From NCBI GenBank assembly GCA_023254095.1, contig JALNLM010000004.1, positions 9,359-73,358 of the forward strand: DNA of 64,000 bases, written 5' to 3'. The notes under the pieces were generated by a model. The model did not search any database, had not been told where the DNA came from, and saw nothing but the letters and a program-made list of their open reading frames with translations. The translations under genes and the position numbers were made by a program. This document shows positions 1 through 8,962 of this stretch, in pieces. The stretch comes from Candidatus Geocrenenecus huangii (lineage in GTDB: Archaea; Thermoproteota; Nitrososphaeria_A; Caldarchaeales; Wolframiiraptoraceae). The stretch's first letter is position 1. Every line of letters starts with the position of its first letter.

Positions 1-280
1 ATGTCTAACAATCCAAATCTTTAATCTTAAGCTTATCAACAATCCATTATCTGAGAAGCATAGAACAGTTTAATCAGACTAAGCTTTAGAGCTTCCTCGA
101 AGAAGAGATAGTGAACTTTAATGAGTTATATTGTTTTCCAAGAGTATTAGAAAGATTATTGTTGGCAGAACTATAACTTGGATGCCAGTAGCATGGTGCA
201 CGACGTCTGAGTGATATCGTTCAGAGACCTGTAGGGTGTAAAAGTTATTTGTTAGATTTTATGGATAGATTGGGTAGATT

Positions 281-1309
281 ATGATGCGGGAGCTTAGAAC
301 GATTTGGTGGGATAAGAATGGCGTCGTCATAATTGATCAGCGTCTCCTACCCCACAAGCTAAAGTATCTAAAAATTAGAAGCTATAAAGAAATGGCTAAG
401 GCAATAAAGGATATGGCGATTAGAGGTGCCCCGGCCATAGGCGTGGCGGCAGCGATGGGTCTAGCCTTAGCAGTAGTCAATGCGAAAACAAATAATAGAG
501 AATTATTGATGAAGAGATTGGAGAAAGCTGCTGAAACAATAAAGTCCACTAGGCCTACGGCCGTAAACCTCTTCTGGGCAATAGATAGGATAATGAGTGT
601 TGTTAGAGAAACCCAATCTGGAGAAGAACTAAGAGAGAAGGTCTTGATGGAAGCAATAAGAATAGCTGATGAAGATGTTGAAGTAAATAGGAAGATTGGA
701 GAGAACGGCTCGAAGCTTATTGATGATGGAGACAGAATACTTACACATTGTAATGCTGGCGCTCTCGCCACAGTCGGGTATGGCACAGCTCTAGGAATAA
801 TAAGGACAGCATACAGCCAAGGCAAGAAGATCCAAATATATGCTTCAGAGACCAGGCCTAGACTTCAAGGAGCAAAACTTACAACATGGGAGCTTACTAG
901 AGAAGGTATACCTGTTAGACTAATCACGGATAACATGGCTTCATTTCTTATGCAGAGAGGGGAGATTACGAAGGTAATAGTTGGAGCCGATAGGATAATT
1001 GCTAAGACGGGCCACGTGATAAACAAGATTGGAACATTAACTCATGCCATCTCGGCAAAATATTATAATGTGCCATTTATCGTCGCGGCACCATTCTCAA
1101 GTATAGACTTTGAGCATAGTATAGAAGAAGTAGTTATAGAGGAGAGGGATGTTAGAGAAGTACTCTATATAGGCAATGTTAGGATAGCTCCAAAAAACAT
1201 TGAAGCTGTAAACCCAGCCTTTGACATCACTCCTCCCGACCTAGTCTCATACATAGTTACAGAGAAAGGAATATACAAGCCTGACGAATTAAAACATCTA
1301 GCTAAGTAA
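281..1309 (+). CDS. mtnA: methylthioribose-1-phosphate isomerase (eIF-2B alpha/beta/delta family)
   Basis: IRGAPAIG, RPTAVNL, THCNAG, ETRP and NKIGT motifs. Confidence 0.9.
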   Translation: MMRELRTIWWDKNGVVIIDQRLLPHKLKYLKIRSYKEMAKAIKDMAIRGAPAIGVAAAMGLALAVVNAKTNNRELLMKRLEKAAETIKSTRPTAVNLFWAIDRIMSVVRETQSGEELREKVLMEAIRIADEDVEVNRKIGENGSKLIDDGDRILTHCNAGALATVGYGTALGIIRTAYSQGKKIQIYASETRPRLQGAKLTTWELTREGIPVRLITDNMASFLMQRGEITKVIVGADRIIAKTGHVINKIGTLTHAISAKYYNVPFIVAAPFSSIDFEHSIEEVVIEERDVREVLYIGNVRIAPKNIEAVNPAFDITPPDLVSYIVTEKGIYKPDELKHLAK

Positions 1310-1903
1310 ATTCATGATGTAGAGTAGTAGCATTATGACTCCTCCGACGGTTACCGTTTTTAATCCTGCAGAGATTACGTTTCTTTTCGAGATCCTGCCA
1401 AGAAAACCCCCCATTATGAAGAGTGTTGAGAAGAGGATGACCATAGAAGTCATGAACGCTAGTCCGCCATCAATAACACCCGATGCAGCAGCTATGTATG
1501 GTGATAGTATGATTAATCCAGATAGACTTGAAGATGCCGAATTTACTATCGCTGACATTATCACTGCTCTCTTGTGAGCTCTCAGTATCTCTGTCTCATC
1601 AATCCTTGTCAGTAATGCTTCCTCGATCTCTCTTATTCTCCTTTCTTGTTCAGCCGATTCAGCAATATATACTGAGCCTACGCCGGATATAGCCATGGCC
1701 AAGACGGCGCCAATCCCTCCACTAACTATCTGAGATACATCTCTATTTCCCAAAACATATATTCCAAGTATTATACCCCACATTGTTAAAGCTCCTTCGA
1801 AAGCATTTATCGCAAAGTATCTTCTAGATAACTCTCCTGACCTTGAATACCTGAAGACCCTCCTCAGAGAATCTATCAGTCTTGATATAAATCTCTTAAA
1901 CAT
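1298..1903 (-). CDS. VIT1/CCC1-family membrane protein
   Basis: RRYFAINAFEG N-terminus, AE-x-AE motif, 5 TM segments; directly downstream of DUF211 gene. Confidence 0.75.
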   Translation of the reverse strand: MFKRFISRLIDSLRRVFRYSRSGELSRRYFAINAFEGALTMWGIILGIYVLGNRDVSQIVSGGIGAVLAMAISGVGSVYIAESAEQERRIREIEEALLTRIDETEILRAHKRAVIMSAIVNSASSSLSGLIILSPYIAAASGVIDGGLAFMTSMVILFSTLFIMGGFLGRISKRNVISAGLKTVTVGGVIMLLLYIMNLLS

Positions 1904-1908
1904 TTTTC

Positions 1909-2187
1909 TTATCTCTTCTTCGTATTTTCTATGACTACACCATCTACACTGTGAATAGCCGCTCCAAGCTTTCTTACAGTTTTCTCAAGTTCCTCATAGT
2001 TTATTGCTTCACCCTCAATTATTAACCTGATACTGTCTGTCTCTGCATCAACCTCGACTAACTCTACTTCTACTCTAGAAACACCCCTAACTCTAGAAAT
2101 CTCATATCCGAATTCTACGAGAGATGGAACATGCGTCTTCAATACATCCAATATTATCCGAGTCAATCTAGGATGAGAGCTATCCAA
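1909..2187 (-). CDS. DUF211 family protein
   Basis: RIILDVLK.H.P and GAAIHSVD motifs; likely start is the TTG at 2187 after GAGG, not 2355. Confidence 0.8.
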   Translation of the reverse strand: MDSSHPRLTRIILDVLKTHVPSLVEFGYEISRVRGVSRVEVELVEVDAETDSIRLIIEGEAINYEELEKTVRKLGAAIHSVDGVVIENTKKR

Positions 2188-2509
2188 TTCCTCTTTCAAG
2201 CCACTATTATTAATCGGAAATATCTGTTTAAAAACATTGCTAGAAATAGTTAATAAACATTCGCTACCTCGATTAATAAAAAGATGCGAGGATAAGAAGA
2301 GAAGTAAAGGCCTAAAAGACATAACAACATTAGATGATTTTCCAGAGAATTTCATCTTCTATGATTAAGCCAAACAATCACGATAAGCTTTCTGCTTCTA
2401 AACAGACTCAAACCAGAAACAATAAATAGAAAACTAAAAGTTGAATTCAACCTCTAAACAATATAATCACAGAAAATTAGAAGACCAAGAAAGATGTTAT
2501 GAGTTTGTT

Positions 2510-2530
2510 GCGGCGGTCCCCTAGCCTGGC
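2510..2530 (+). repeat. att-like copy of the tRNA-Ser(GCT) 5' end
   Basis: GCGGCGGTCCCCTAGCCTGG vs tRNA GCGGCGGTTCCCTAGCCAGG. Confidence 0.75.
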
Positions 2531-2730
2531 TAAAACTAAATAAAATCGGCTCCTTACACTTTCGTTTTAAATAGACTTCCAGAGGGTTTGGCGGCTTGTT
2601 CGGGTTCTTCAAGTGGGTCTTAACATCCTCTCGAAAAATTTAATTATCTCTCAAAAAGACTTTTAATTACTATAAAGGTGGTGGAAAAACGAGATTATTT
2701 CCTCACTTAAAGAAAAAAATCTTTGCTACA

Positions 2731-4275
2731 ATGATTATCTTGATATTTTTGTTTTCAAGTATTCCGATAATCGCGGTTGAAGCTCAGCAGCTGGTATTCT
2801 ACGATAACTTTAACAACTATGTAGAAAAATCCTATTCGGGGCGGGATGGTCCAGGCATCTGGGTTCAAGAGTCTATAGCCTCTGCCACATACAGTATTGC
2901 TGGCGGAGCCTACAAGATTCAATCTAGTGGGGGGGTATGGACTTCAAAAGCAATCCTAGATTTTTATCGAATATTTTCTAGATCTTGGCCGCCAGGTTAT
3001 GATGGGCCCAAAGATTACATCTTCAGCGTGGGAATTAAGATAGATAGCGGAGGAGGCGGAATAATCTTCAGAGCTATGCCTGGGTCTCAAGAAAAATACT
3101 GGACACATTACGAGGTACGTATCAATAAAGATAATAAAAAAGTGACCCTAGCTAATGTAATTGAGACTTCTTCAGAGTATGCAGAAACCGTCTTAAAGAC
3201 CGTGGATTTCCCCAGCGATGTAAATATTAATGATTGGTTCCGCCTATCGGTTAGGGTTCAAGGGTCCAGTATACAGGTCAGTATTGCAGGTAAAAAAGTG
3301 ATAGATGTGACGAGCACTCTTAGCCCTAATGGAGGTGTTGGATTGATGGTTCTCCCAGGAGGGACAGCTTCTTTCGACTGGGCGGAGCTAGATATCTTAA
3401 CAACGACCGTTACTAATACTGTGACGAGCACTATTACCTCGACTGTCGCCGAACCTCCATCAACAGTAACTGCCACTGTAACTGTGAGTGAATTAGTTAC
3501 AACTACGATAACTACCACAATAGCGTCAACTACTACTGAAACCGTTACCCAGACTGCGGCTACAGTAACGGAGACAGCCCTTCCCCAAACAACTACCGTA
3601 ACTCAAACCATGACGGTTTCCGGACCGGTTTCCACTCAAACTGTCAAAGAAACTGTCACGTCGATCTCAACTGTTACGTTGACGCAGCCAACGGGTGGAG
3701 GAATTAAATGTCTCATAGCTACCGCGGCTTTTGGGTCTGAGATTGCTCCACAAGTTCAGGCTCTCAGAGAGTTTAGAGACGGCCTTGTTATGAAAACATT
3801 TGCTGGCGAGAACTTCATGAACGTCTTTAACACGTTTTACTATTCCTGGAGTCCATATGTTGCACAAGCGGAGTACGAGAATGATCTTCTGAGAAGATTC
3901 ATAAGATTTTCGATCTATCCGCTCATATGGATCCTAGACCTCTCAAAACGTTTAGCTGAACCCCTCTTCATTGTACCAGAGTTCGCGGTTCTAGTGAGCG
4001 GATTGGTTGCAAGCTCCTTGATAGGATTGGTTTATGTTAGCCCGATCGTTCTTCTAGTAATCTTGATCATGAAGCAAAGAGGTAAGAGAATTAACCTTAG
4101 CCTAGTTTATCCATTCTCCGCCCTAATGGTTAGTTTGCTATTCTTCTTCTTGGCCGAGATCACGGTCTCCCCCATATTCATGATGGTCGCTTCCTCGATG
4201 GTAGTTTTATCCAGTATGGCTACCACCTCCATAGCCCCTATAAAGATCCTCTTCTTAAAGAAAAAGCCGAAATAA
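2731..4275 (+). CDS. secreted surface protein: beta-sandwich (LamG/DUF1080-like) domain, Thr-rich linker, CFI-box-CTERM domain
   Basis: Signal peptide, FYDNF start, long T/V-rich tract, CLIATAAFGSE..LREFRD..FYYSWSP, C-terminal TM helices. Confidence 0.8.
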   Translation: MIILIFLFSSIPIIAVEAQQLVFYDNFNNYVEKSYSGRDGPGIWVQESIASATYSIAGGAYKIQSSGGVWTSKAILDFYRIFSRSWPPGYDGPKDYIFSVGIKIDSGGGGIIFRAMPGSQEKYWTHYEVRINKDNKKVTLANVIETSSEYAETVLKTVDFPSDVNINDWFRLSVRVQGSSIQVSIAGKKVIDVTSTLSPNGGVGLMVLPGGTASFDWAELDILTTTVTNTVTSTITSTVAEPPSTVTATVTVSELVTTTITTTIASTTTETVTQTAATVTETALPQTTTVTQTMTVSGPVSTQTVKETVTSISTVTLTQPTGGGIKCLIATAAFGSEIAPQVQALREFRDGLVMKTFAGENFMNVFNTFYYSWSPYVAQAEYENDLLRRFIRFSIYPLIWILDLSKRLAEPLFIVPEFAVLVSGLVASSLIGLVYVSPIVLLVILIMKQRGKRINLSLVYPFSALMVSLLFFFLAEITVSPIFMMVASSMVVLSSMATTSIAPIKILFLKKKPK

Positions 4276-4359
4276 ATCCAAACCTACCACCTCACTTCTC
4301 ATTTTTTTCCCAAATTGTTAAGGGTGGAAGAACAAAATATTATTAATAGCAAATAAATG

Positions 4360-4905
4360 CTATCTCGCCGCATTCGTGCGAAGATCTTCTGGGCTTTGCT
4401 CGACGTTAGGGCCGTCCATATCCGGAACACCGGTATTCTCACGGCAGATCTAAGCTCAAATTGAGATCGCTAATCTTCGATCCTATGGCCTCATTAACTC
4501 TGCAGCCAGCCGCTAAAGAAAACAGACCAATAATCGCTTACTAGGCTTCAGTGATGTGAGAACTTGGGCTAAGACGTTTTTCGTATCGGCTTCAGCTTCT
4601 TGACGGCCGCCTTTTTCGAGAAGAACCGCTTAAGCTTAGCCCGACTCACTTTAATGTCATGAGGCGGGCAGAGGGTGCAGACCGCGGAAAGATAAAGCCG
4701 AATAGTCATGGGGGGGTGATCGGCCAGATCCCTGAGCCTTGAAACCATGCTTAAAAACCGCCTTCTCAGCCCTCTATGGATTAGATAGGATCGCGCTTAG
4801 CGCCTCCCGCGAGACCTTCTATCCATTGGCCGCTAAAAAATGTTCAATCGCATCTTCCTGGAATGCAGTTTAAGAAACTCGCGACAAAAACTTAAATCCA
4901 CACTC
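4360..4905 (-). pseudogene. tyrosine recombinase/integrase pseudogene
   Basis: Manual minus-strand translation across frameshifts: PPMTIRLYLSAV...DIKVSRAKLKRF / LKPSKRLLVCFL / AAGCRVNEAIGSKISDLNL (box I Arg); no HxxR or Tyr found; boundaries approximate. Confidence 0.75.
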
Positions 4906-5045
4906 GCTCCTATCACTCCCGAGGAAAAGATGATCCTGGGGGATGGAAAAGCGTTTAAGGCCCCGGAAGATAGCCCTCCTGAAAACACCGGGTAACATCG
5001 GCCATAACCGCCTAGATAAAAGCTTTCGAGGATTAGGGGATCGAT

Positions 5046-5130
5046 GCGGCGGTTCCCTAGCCAGGTAGGGGGGTGGCCTGCTAAGCCACTGGCCCTTTGG
5101 GCCACGCGGGTTCAAATCCCGCCCGCCGCG
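5046..5130 (+). tRNA. tRNA-Ser(GCT)
   Basis: GCGGCGG/CCGCCGC acceptor stem, GTGGC-CT-GCT-AA-GCCAC anticodon arm, long variable arm TGGCCC/GGGCCA, GGTTCAAATCC T-arm, G73. Confidence 0.95.
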
Positions 5131-5396
5131 CAGTCCACTCTCAACTTTGTTCCTCGAGATTGTTCAACTTCGTCTCTCGAGTTCAAGATAAAGTATACTT
5201 GGTGAGCGTAAATTTCTTCCCACTAGGGCAGAAGGTTAACTAACATGTATGTAACAATATCTAGAAGATAATCTATGAAACTTTTATCTGGTTAAACATC
5301 TTTTTTGAAATCGTTAAATTGAATGTAAAGATAGGAAATGGGCCATGAGATTTAGTAGCGGTAGAGAATTTAGACCTCAATTCCTAAACAAGTATT

Positions 5397-5444
5397 TCAG
5401 GGGATAAGGATGATAAACAATGATGTTAGAGCTTTCTTCATCAG
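5397..5444 (-). ncRNA. possible C/D box sRNA (weak)
   Basis: CTGATGA...CTGA at sRNA-like spacing, but internal D'/C' boxes are poor. Confidence 0.3.
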
Positions 5445-5581
5445 GTTCCGTTAAGCTTATTTTCCAATATTTTACACTTTAAGGTATCTTGAACGGTGCG
5501 TAATTAATGTTATTGCATCAATGTAATGAGAATAGATAAATATGAGAGCCATCTTAGAAACTCTAGTTAGGCTGATGTAAA

Positions 5582-5902
5582 ATGAAGAAAAAAATGATAA
5601 TGTTGTTAGCTTCTCTATCCGCTTTGACCATCATTCTGCTTCCATCTACGTTCGCTGAAACACCTCGACTTGCACAAGAAGCATTAATCTCAGATTTGAT
5701 GGCAAAGGTATTCGCGGCTGCAATCGCTTTTTCCTTAGCGGTTGTTAGTGCTGCTTGGGCGATTGCACGTGCAGGTTCAGCCGGTCTCGCGGCCTCCGCT
5801 GAAAGACCTGAGATAAGAACTACAGCGATAATTATCTCTGCTTTCGCTGAAGCTCTCGCTATCTACGGCATCGTTATCTCATTCTTCATACTTGGAGCAT
5901 GA
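5582..5902 (+). CDS. atpK: A/V-type ATP synthase proteolipid subunit K (c)
   Basis: Hairpin with AERPE loop and ion-binding AEALAIYG; N-terminal signal-like extension. Confidence 0.88.
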   Translation: MKKKMIMLLASLSALTIILLPSTFAETPRLAQEALISDLMAKVFAAAIAFSLAVVSAAWAIARAGSAGLAASAERPEIRTTAIIISAFAEALAIYGIVISFFILGA

Positions 5903-6004
5903 CAAATAGCAACCTTCTTTATTTCTCTTTTTCTAGAATAACGTGAAGGTTAACTATTTCCTCATACTCTGGAATCCCTTTATAGATGATGGATTCTCGT
6001 GAGC

Positions 6005-6060
6005 GGCTCAGTTAAATGCCTTTTCTTCATTAATCTGTGTAACTCTGATTCATCACAGCC
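6005..6060 (-). ncRNA. C/D box methylation guide sRNA (dual guide, predicted 23S rRNA targets)
   Basis: GGC-U-GUGAUGA-AUCAGAGUUACA-CAGA-UUA-AUGAAGA-AAAGGCAUUUAA-CUGA-GCC: boxes C, D', C', D, two 12-nt guides and a terminal stem. Confidence 0.85.
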
Positions 6061-6092
6061 ATGTTTATTTAGTTTGAGGTCTAATATAGTCT

Positions 6093-6683
6093 TTACCTTG
6101 TTTCTGGAAAAGTTAATGATAGTAGAATGTGGATGGATGCGGAAACATATGTCAACAATACTGTGTAGAAATGTATCTTGTTTGAGACTCTTTTTAACCG
6201 GAGACTAACTCCATGCCTACTTAGGATGCCTGAGATGAATGCTGATATGAGTAGCCATGTTAATAACCCTCTGATACCTATTAGTCCTTCAAGTCCCCCG
6301 AAAATGTTTAGTCTTGTGAATGGTTCCCAGTATCTAAATGCGTATGGAAAGCCTGCATGTATAAGCAGTAGAGTGAAGCCTGTAATATTTAGTATGCAAT
6401 GCATATCCAGCAATCTCGCAAGCTTTATTCTTGCTTTAAAGCCTTTAACAATGTACTTCGAGAACACGTATATCTGGGAGAGAATAATCATCCATGCACC
6501 TACGTATGCGTATCTATACCCGACCGCACCTCCCCCCTTAAATTCTTCTACTAACGTGTAGTTGGGCATCTCCATCAAGGATGAGCCAAAACGAGGATAA
6601 GCATAAATGAGGAGATATACGATTACAGCTATACCTAATATTCTCAAGCCTACCTCTATAGATGGTTTAATCGCTACAGCCAT
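6093..6683 (-). CDS. di-heme cytochrome b / ferric reductase-like membrane protein
   Basis: About 5 TM helices; His pairs H95/H109 and H171/H185, each 14 residues apart. Confidence 0.65.
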   Translation of the reverse strand: MAVAIKPSIEVGLRILGIAVIVYLLIYAYPRFGSSLMEMPNYTLVEEFKGGGAVGYRYAYVGAWMIILSQIYVFSKYIVKGFKARIKLARLLDMHCILNITGFTLLLIHAGFPYAFRYWEPFTRLNIFGGLEGLIGIRGLLTWLLISAFISGILSRHGVSLRLKRVSNKIHFYTVLLTYVSASIHILLSLTFPETR

Positions 6684-7411
6684 CCTCCCTTCTTAACTCC
6701 GACAGGGATCACGTAAAGAGGTTCTTCATCGACCTCCAGTATCTTTTTTACTTTTTCATCATAGAATGCTCCGATGACAACGCATCCAAGCCCAAGGCTT
6801 ACACATTGCAAGTATATGTTTTGACCAACATGTCCAACCTCCATATGTACGTATCTTATTCTGCCTCTATCTCCGTACCTGTAGGTGGTCCTCTCATAGA
6901 TAGCTGTGACAACGATGTTTATAGCTGCCTCTCCAACCCATTCTTGGTCTAGACATGCATCCATCAACTCTCTACTATAATCTCCTTTCTTAACGAGTTC
7001 TAACATATGCTCTCTAGGAAGATAATGGTATATTCCTTCGGATAATCCTTCTACGCCGTTCTTCTTGACAACTATGTAGATCTCCAGAGGGTATGTGGCT
7101 CCAGCGGATGGAGCAGTTCTAAAGCCATATCTCTTATCTGTTATCCCCTGTCCAGCCCAAGCTAGTTGACTTACATGCTCTAGCTTTAAAGGCTTATCTT
7201 CGTATTCTCTTATAGACCTTCTAACTTTCAAAGCATACTCTATAGATACGTTACCATCGTATCTAGGAGGAGGTAGAGGAACCTTCTCGAAAACTCTTGA
7301 AATTCTTCCCCTACCACCATAACCGATCAAGGCTAATCCAATAGCTGAAAAGGCAGGAGCGAGAATATAAGCTAAAAGCATTCTACGATTCATGAAGCTT
7401 TCTATCCTCAT
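6674..7411 (-). CDS. SagB/ThcOx-family FMN-dependent oxidoreductase with N-terminal RR plus hydrophobic segment
   Basis: RRSIR, RTAPSAGATYPLE, EVGHVGQN and IGAF motifs; MNRRMLL followed by a hydrophobic helix. Confidence 0.88.
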   Translation of the reverse strand: MRIESFMNRRMLLAYILAPAFSAIGLALIGYGGRGRISRVFEKVPLPPPRYDGNVSIEYALKVRRSIREYEDKPLKLEHVSQLAWAGQGITDKRYGFRTAPSAGATYPLEIYIVVKKNGVEGLSEGIYHYLPREHMLELVKKGDYSRELMDACLDQEWVGEAAINIVVTAIYERTTYRYGDRGRIRYVHMEVGHVGQNIYLQCVSLGLGCVVIGAFYDEKVKKILEVDEEPLYVIPVGVKKGGWL

Positions 7412-7491
7412 TTATGTAGGGGGATTAATAAGTCGTTAGAAGCTTTCGACATCAATTTATTATAGTAGGATTGAGTTGATAGATTCACGGT

Positions 7492-8268
7492 ATGGAAACC
7501 ATCTGTGAAGGAGATACAGTATTATTCATGACAGAGAAAAAGAAGAAGTATATGGTAAAGATAGTTAGAGGTAAGAAATATCATGCGAGTGAAGGATATG
7601 TAGATTTAAGTGAGCTCCTTGGGAAAAGATATGGATGTAAGGTTAAATCCAACACGGGCTCCACCTGGGTTGCATTAAAGCCAACCATACTAGACTATGT
7701 CCTGCACTATCCTCGGATAACACAGATAATATATCCAAAAGATCTAGGATACATAATCTTGGTGGGTGGAGTTAGACCAGGCTCAAGAGTGGTAGAAGCA
7801 GGAACAGGGTCAGGGGTATTGACAACAATACTCGCATCATATGTTGCTCCGACTGGGAAAGTATATAGTTATGATGTAGAAGAAGAATACCTTGAGAATG
7901 CTAGGAAGAATCTCGATAAGCTTAGTTTACTACAGTACGTTGAGTTGAAGCATGGTAACGTTGAAAAAGATGTTGCAGAGAAAGAAGTAGATTCGTTCAT
8001 TCTAGACGTGCCAGAGCCCTGGAAAGCCATTAAATCAGCTTACAGTGCTCTCAGGGATGGTGGAATCTTCGTTTCTGTAAGCCCAACTATAGAGCAGGTT
8101 ATAGAAACTGTCGAAACATTACGTAAAGAAGGCTTCGAAGACATATCTACCGTTGAGATCTTGTCTAGGGAGATGAGGGTCAAGAAGGGAATGACTAGAC
8201 CGGTCCACATAATGCATGCACATACATGCTATATAACAACAGCGAGGAAAATATTGAATGAAGAATAG
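7492..8268 (+). CDS. trmI: tRNA (adenine57/58-N1)-methyltransferase
   Basis: TQIIYPKD, EAGTGSG and LDVPEPW motifs. Confidence 0.92.
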   Translation: METICEGDTVLFMTEKKKKYMVKIVRGKKYHASEGYVDLSELLGKRYGCKVKSNTGSTWVALKPTILDYVLHYPRITQIIYPKDLGYIILVGGVRPGSRVVEAGTGSGVLTTILASYVAPTGKVYSYDVEEEYLENARKNLDKLSLLQYVELKHGNVEKDVAEKEVDSFILDVPEPWKAIKSAYSALRDGGIFVSVSPTIEQVIETVETLRKEGFEDISTVEILSREMRVKKGMTRPVHIMHAHTCYITTARKILNEE

Positions 8269-8290
8269 GAGATGTTTATTACCTTAAGCC

Positions 8291-8920
8291 TTACTCTGCT
8301 TTCTTCATCTTCTCTATCAATTCAATTATCTTTGATGAAGCCTCATCAGCGTGTTGATATGGATATTTTTGAGGTTCTAGAAAACGAAGTACTAACAGAT
8401 AGCATGATACATGATTTGCGGCAGCGGAAGCCATCTCTAAACTGATCTTTTGATGCTCCTCGACATCTTCTATCTTCTCCACTTCTCTTACTCTCCTCCC
8501 CTCTGATTGATCTTTTGAAAGGTCTTTCATCCTTCTAGCGAGGATGTCTTCAGGCCTGAATTCCAAAAATATTATAGCGTCTGGATTAATATACTCAACC
8601 ACCTTGGAGGGCAGGCCTGGATAATATCCATAAGTTGTCTTTACAACAGCATGCGTATCAATTATTAGGTCTCCCTCCATTCTAGATATCGTTTTTGCGG
8701 CGTCTTCCTGCAGCTTCTTATAATCTCTAAAGTTTATCTTCTTTCTTAGCTCGTCCCTATCGTTTATTCCGAGTCTCTTCGAAGCCTCCTCAAGCATTAT
8801 GTCTCCGAAATTCACTATCTTGATATTAGGGGCTTTCTCGACGACTTTCTTTAGAATTGTTGATTTGCCCGCGCCAGGGACAGCAACAACAATAACCCTT
8901 ACCATTACGTATACACCCAT
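8291..8920 (-). CDS. adkA: archaeal adenylate kinase
   Basis: VPGAGKST P-loop, NFGD, DTH and PGLP motifs. Confidence 0.9.
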   Translation of the reverse strand: MGVYVMVRVIVVAVPGAGKSTILKKVVEKAPNIKIVNFGDIMLEEASKRLGINDRDELRKKINFRDYKKLQEDAAKTISRMEGDLIIDTHAVVKTTYGYYPGLPSKVVEYINPDAIIFLEFRPEDILARRMKDLSKDQSEGRRVREVEKIEDVEEHQKISLEMASAAANHVSCYLLVLRFLEPQKYPYQHADEASSKIIELIEKMKKAE

Positions 8921-8962
8921 CGACGTAGTCTCTATGAAGTATACATAGATGTTTTTCTTATT

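Larger units (their letters stand above)
2510..5066. mobile_element. decayed integrated element at tRNA-Ser(GCT)
   Basis: Bounded by a direct repeat of the tRNA 5' end (2510-2529 vs 5046-5065, 18/20 identical); contains an integrase pseudogene and one cargo gene. Confidence 0.65.

Noticed and set aside
2510-2560. 5' tRNA fragment as one piece of a trans-spliced split tRNA
   Set aside because: It has no GC-rich complementary trailer or BHB partner, an intact tRNA-Ser lies 2.5 kb away, and the integrase relic explains it as an att site.
3400-3690. ACN-rich repetitive DNA as a possible array
   Set aside because: It is the coding Thr/Val-rich linker of the surface protein and has no fixed repeat-spacer period.
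4833-5115. Minus-strand ORFs of 90 and 81 aa overlapping the tRNA
   Set aside because: They are antisense to tRNA-Ser and run into the integrase relic; they are not credible independent genes.
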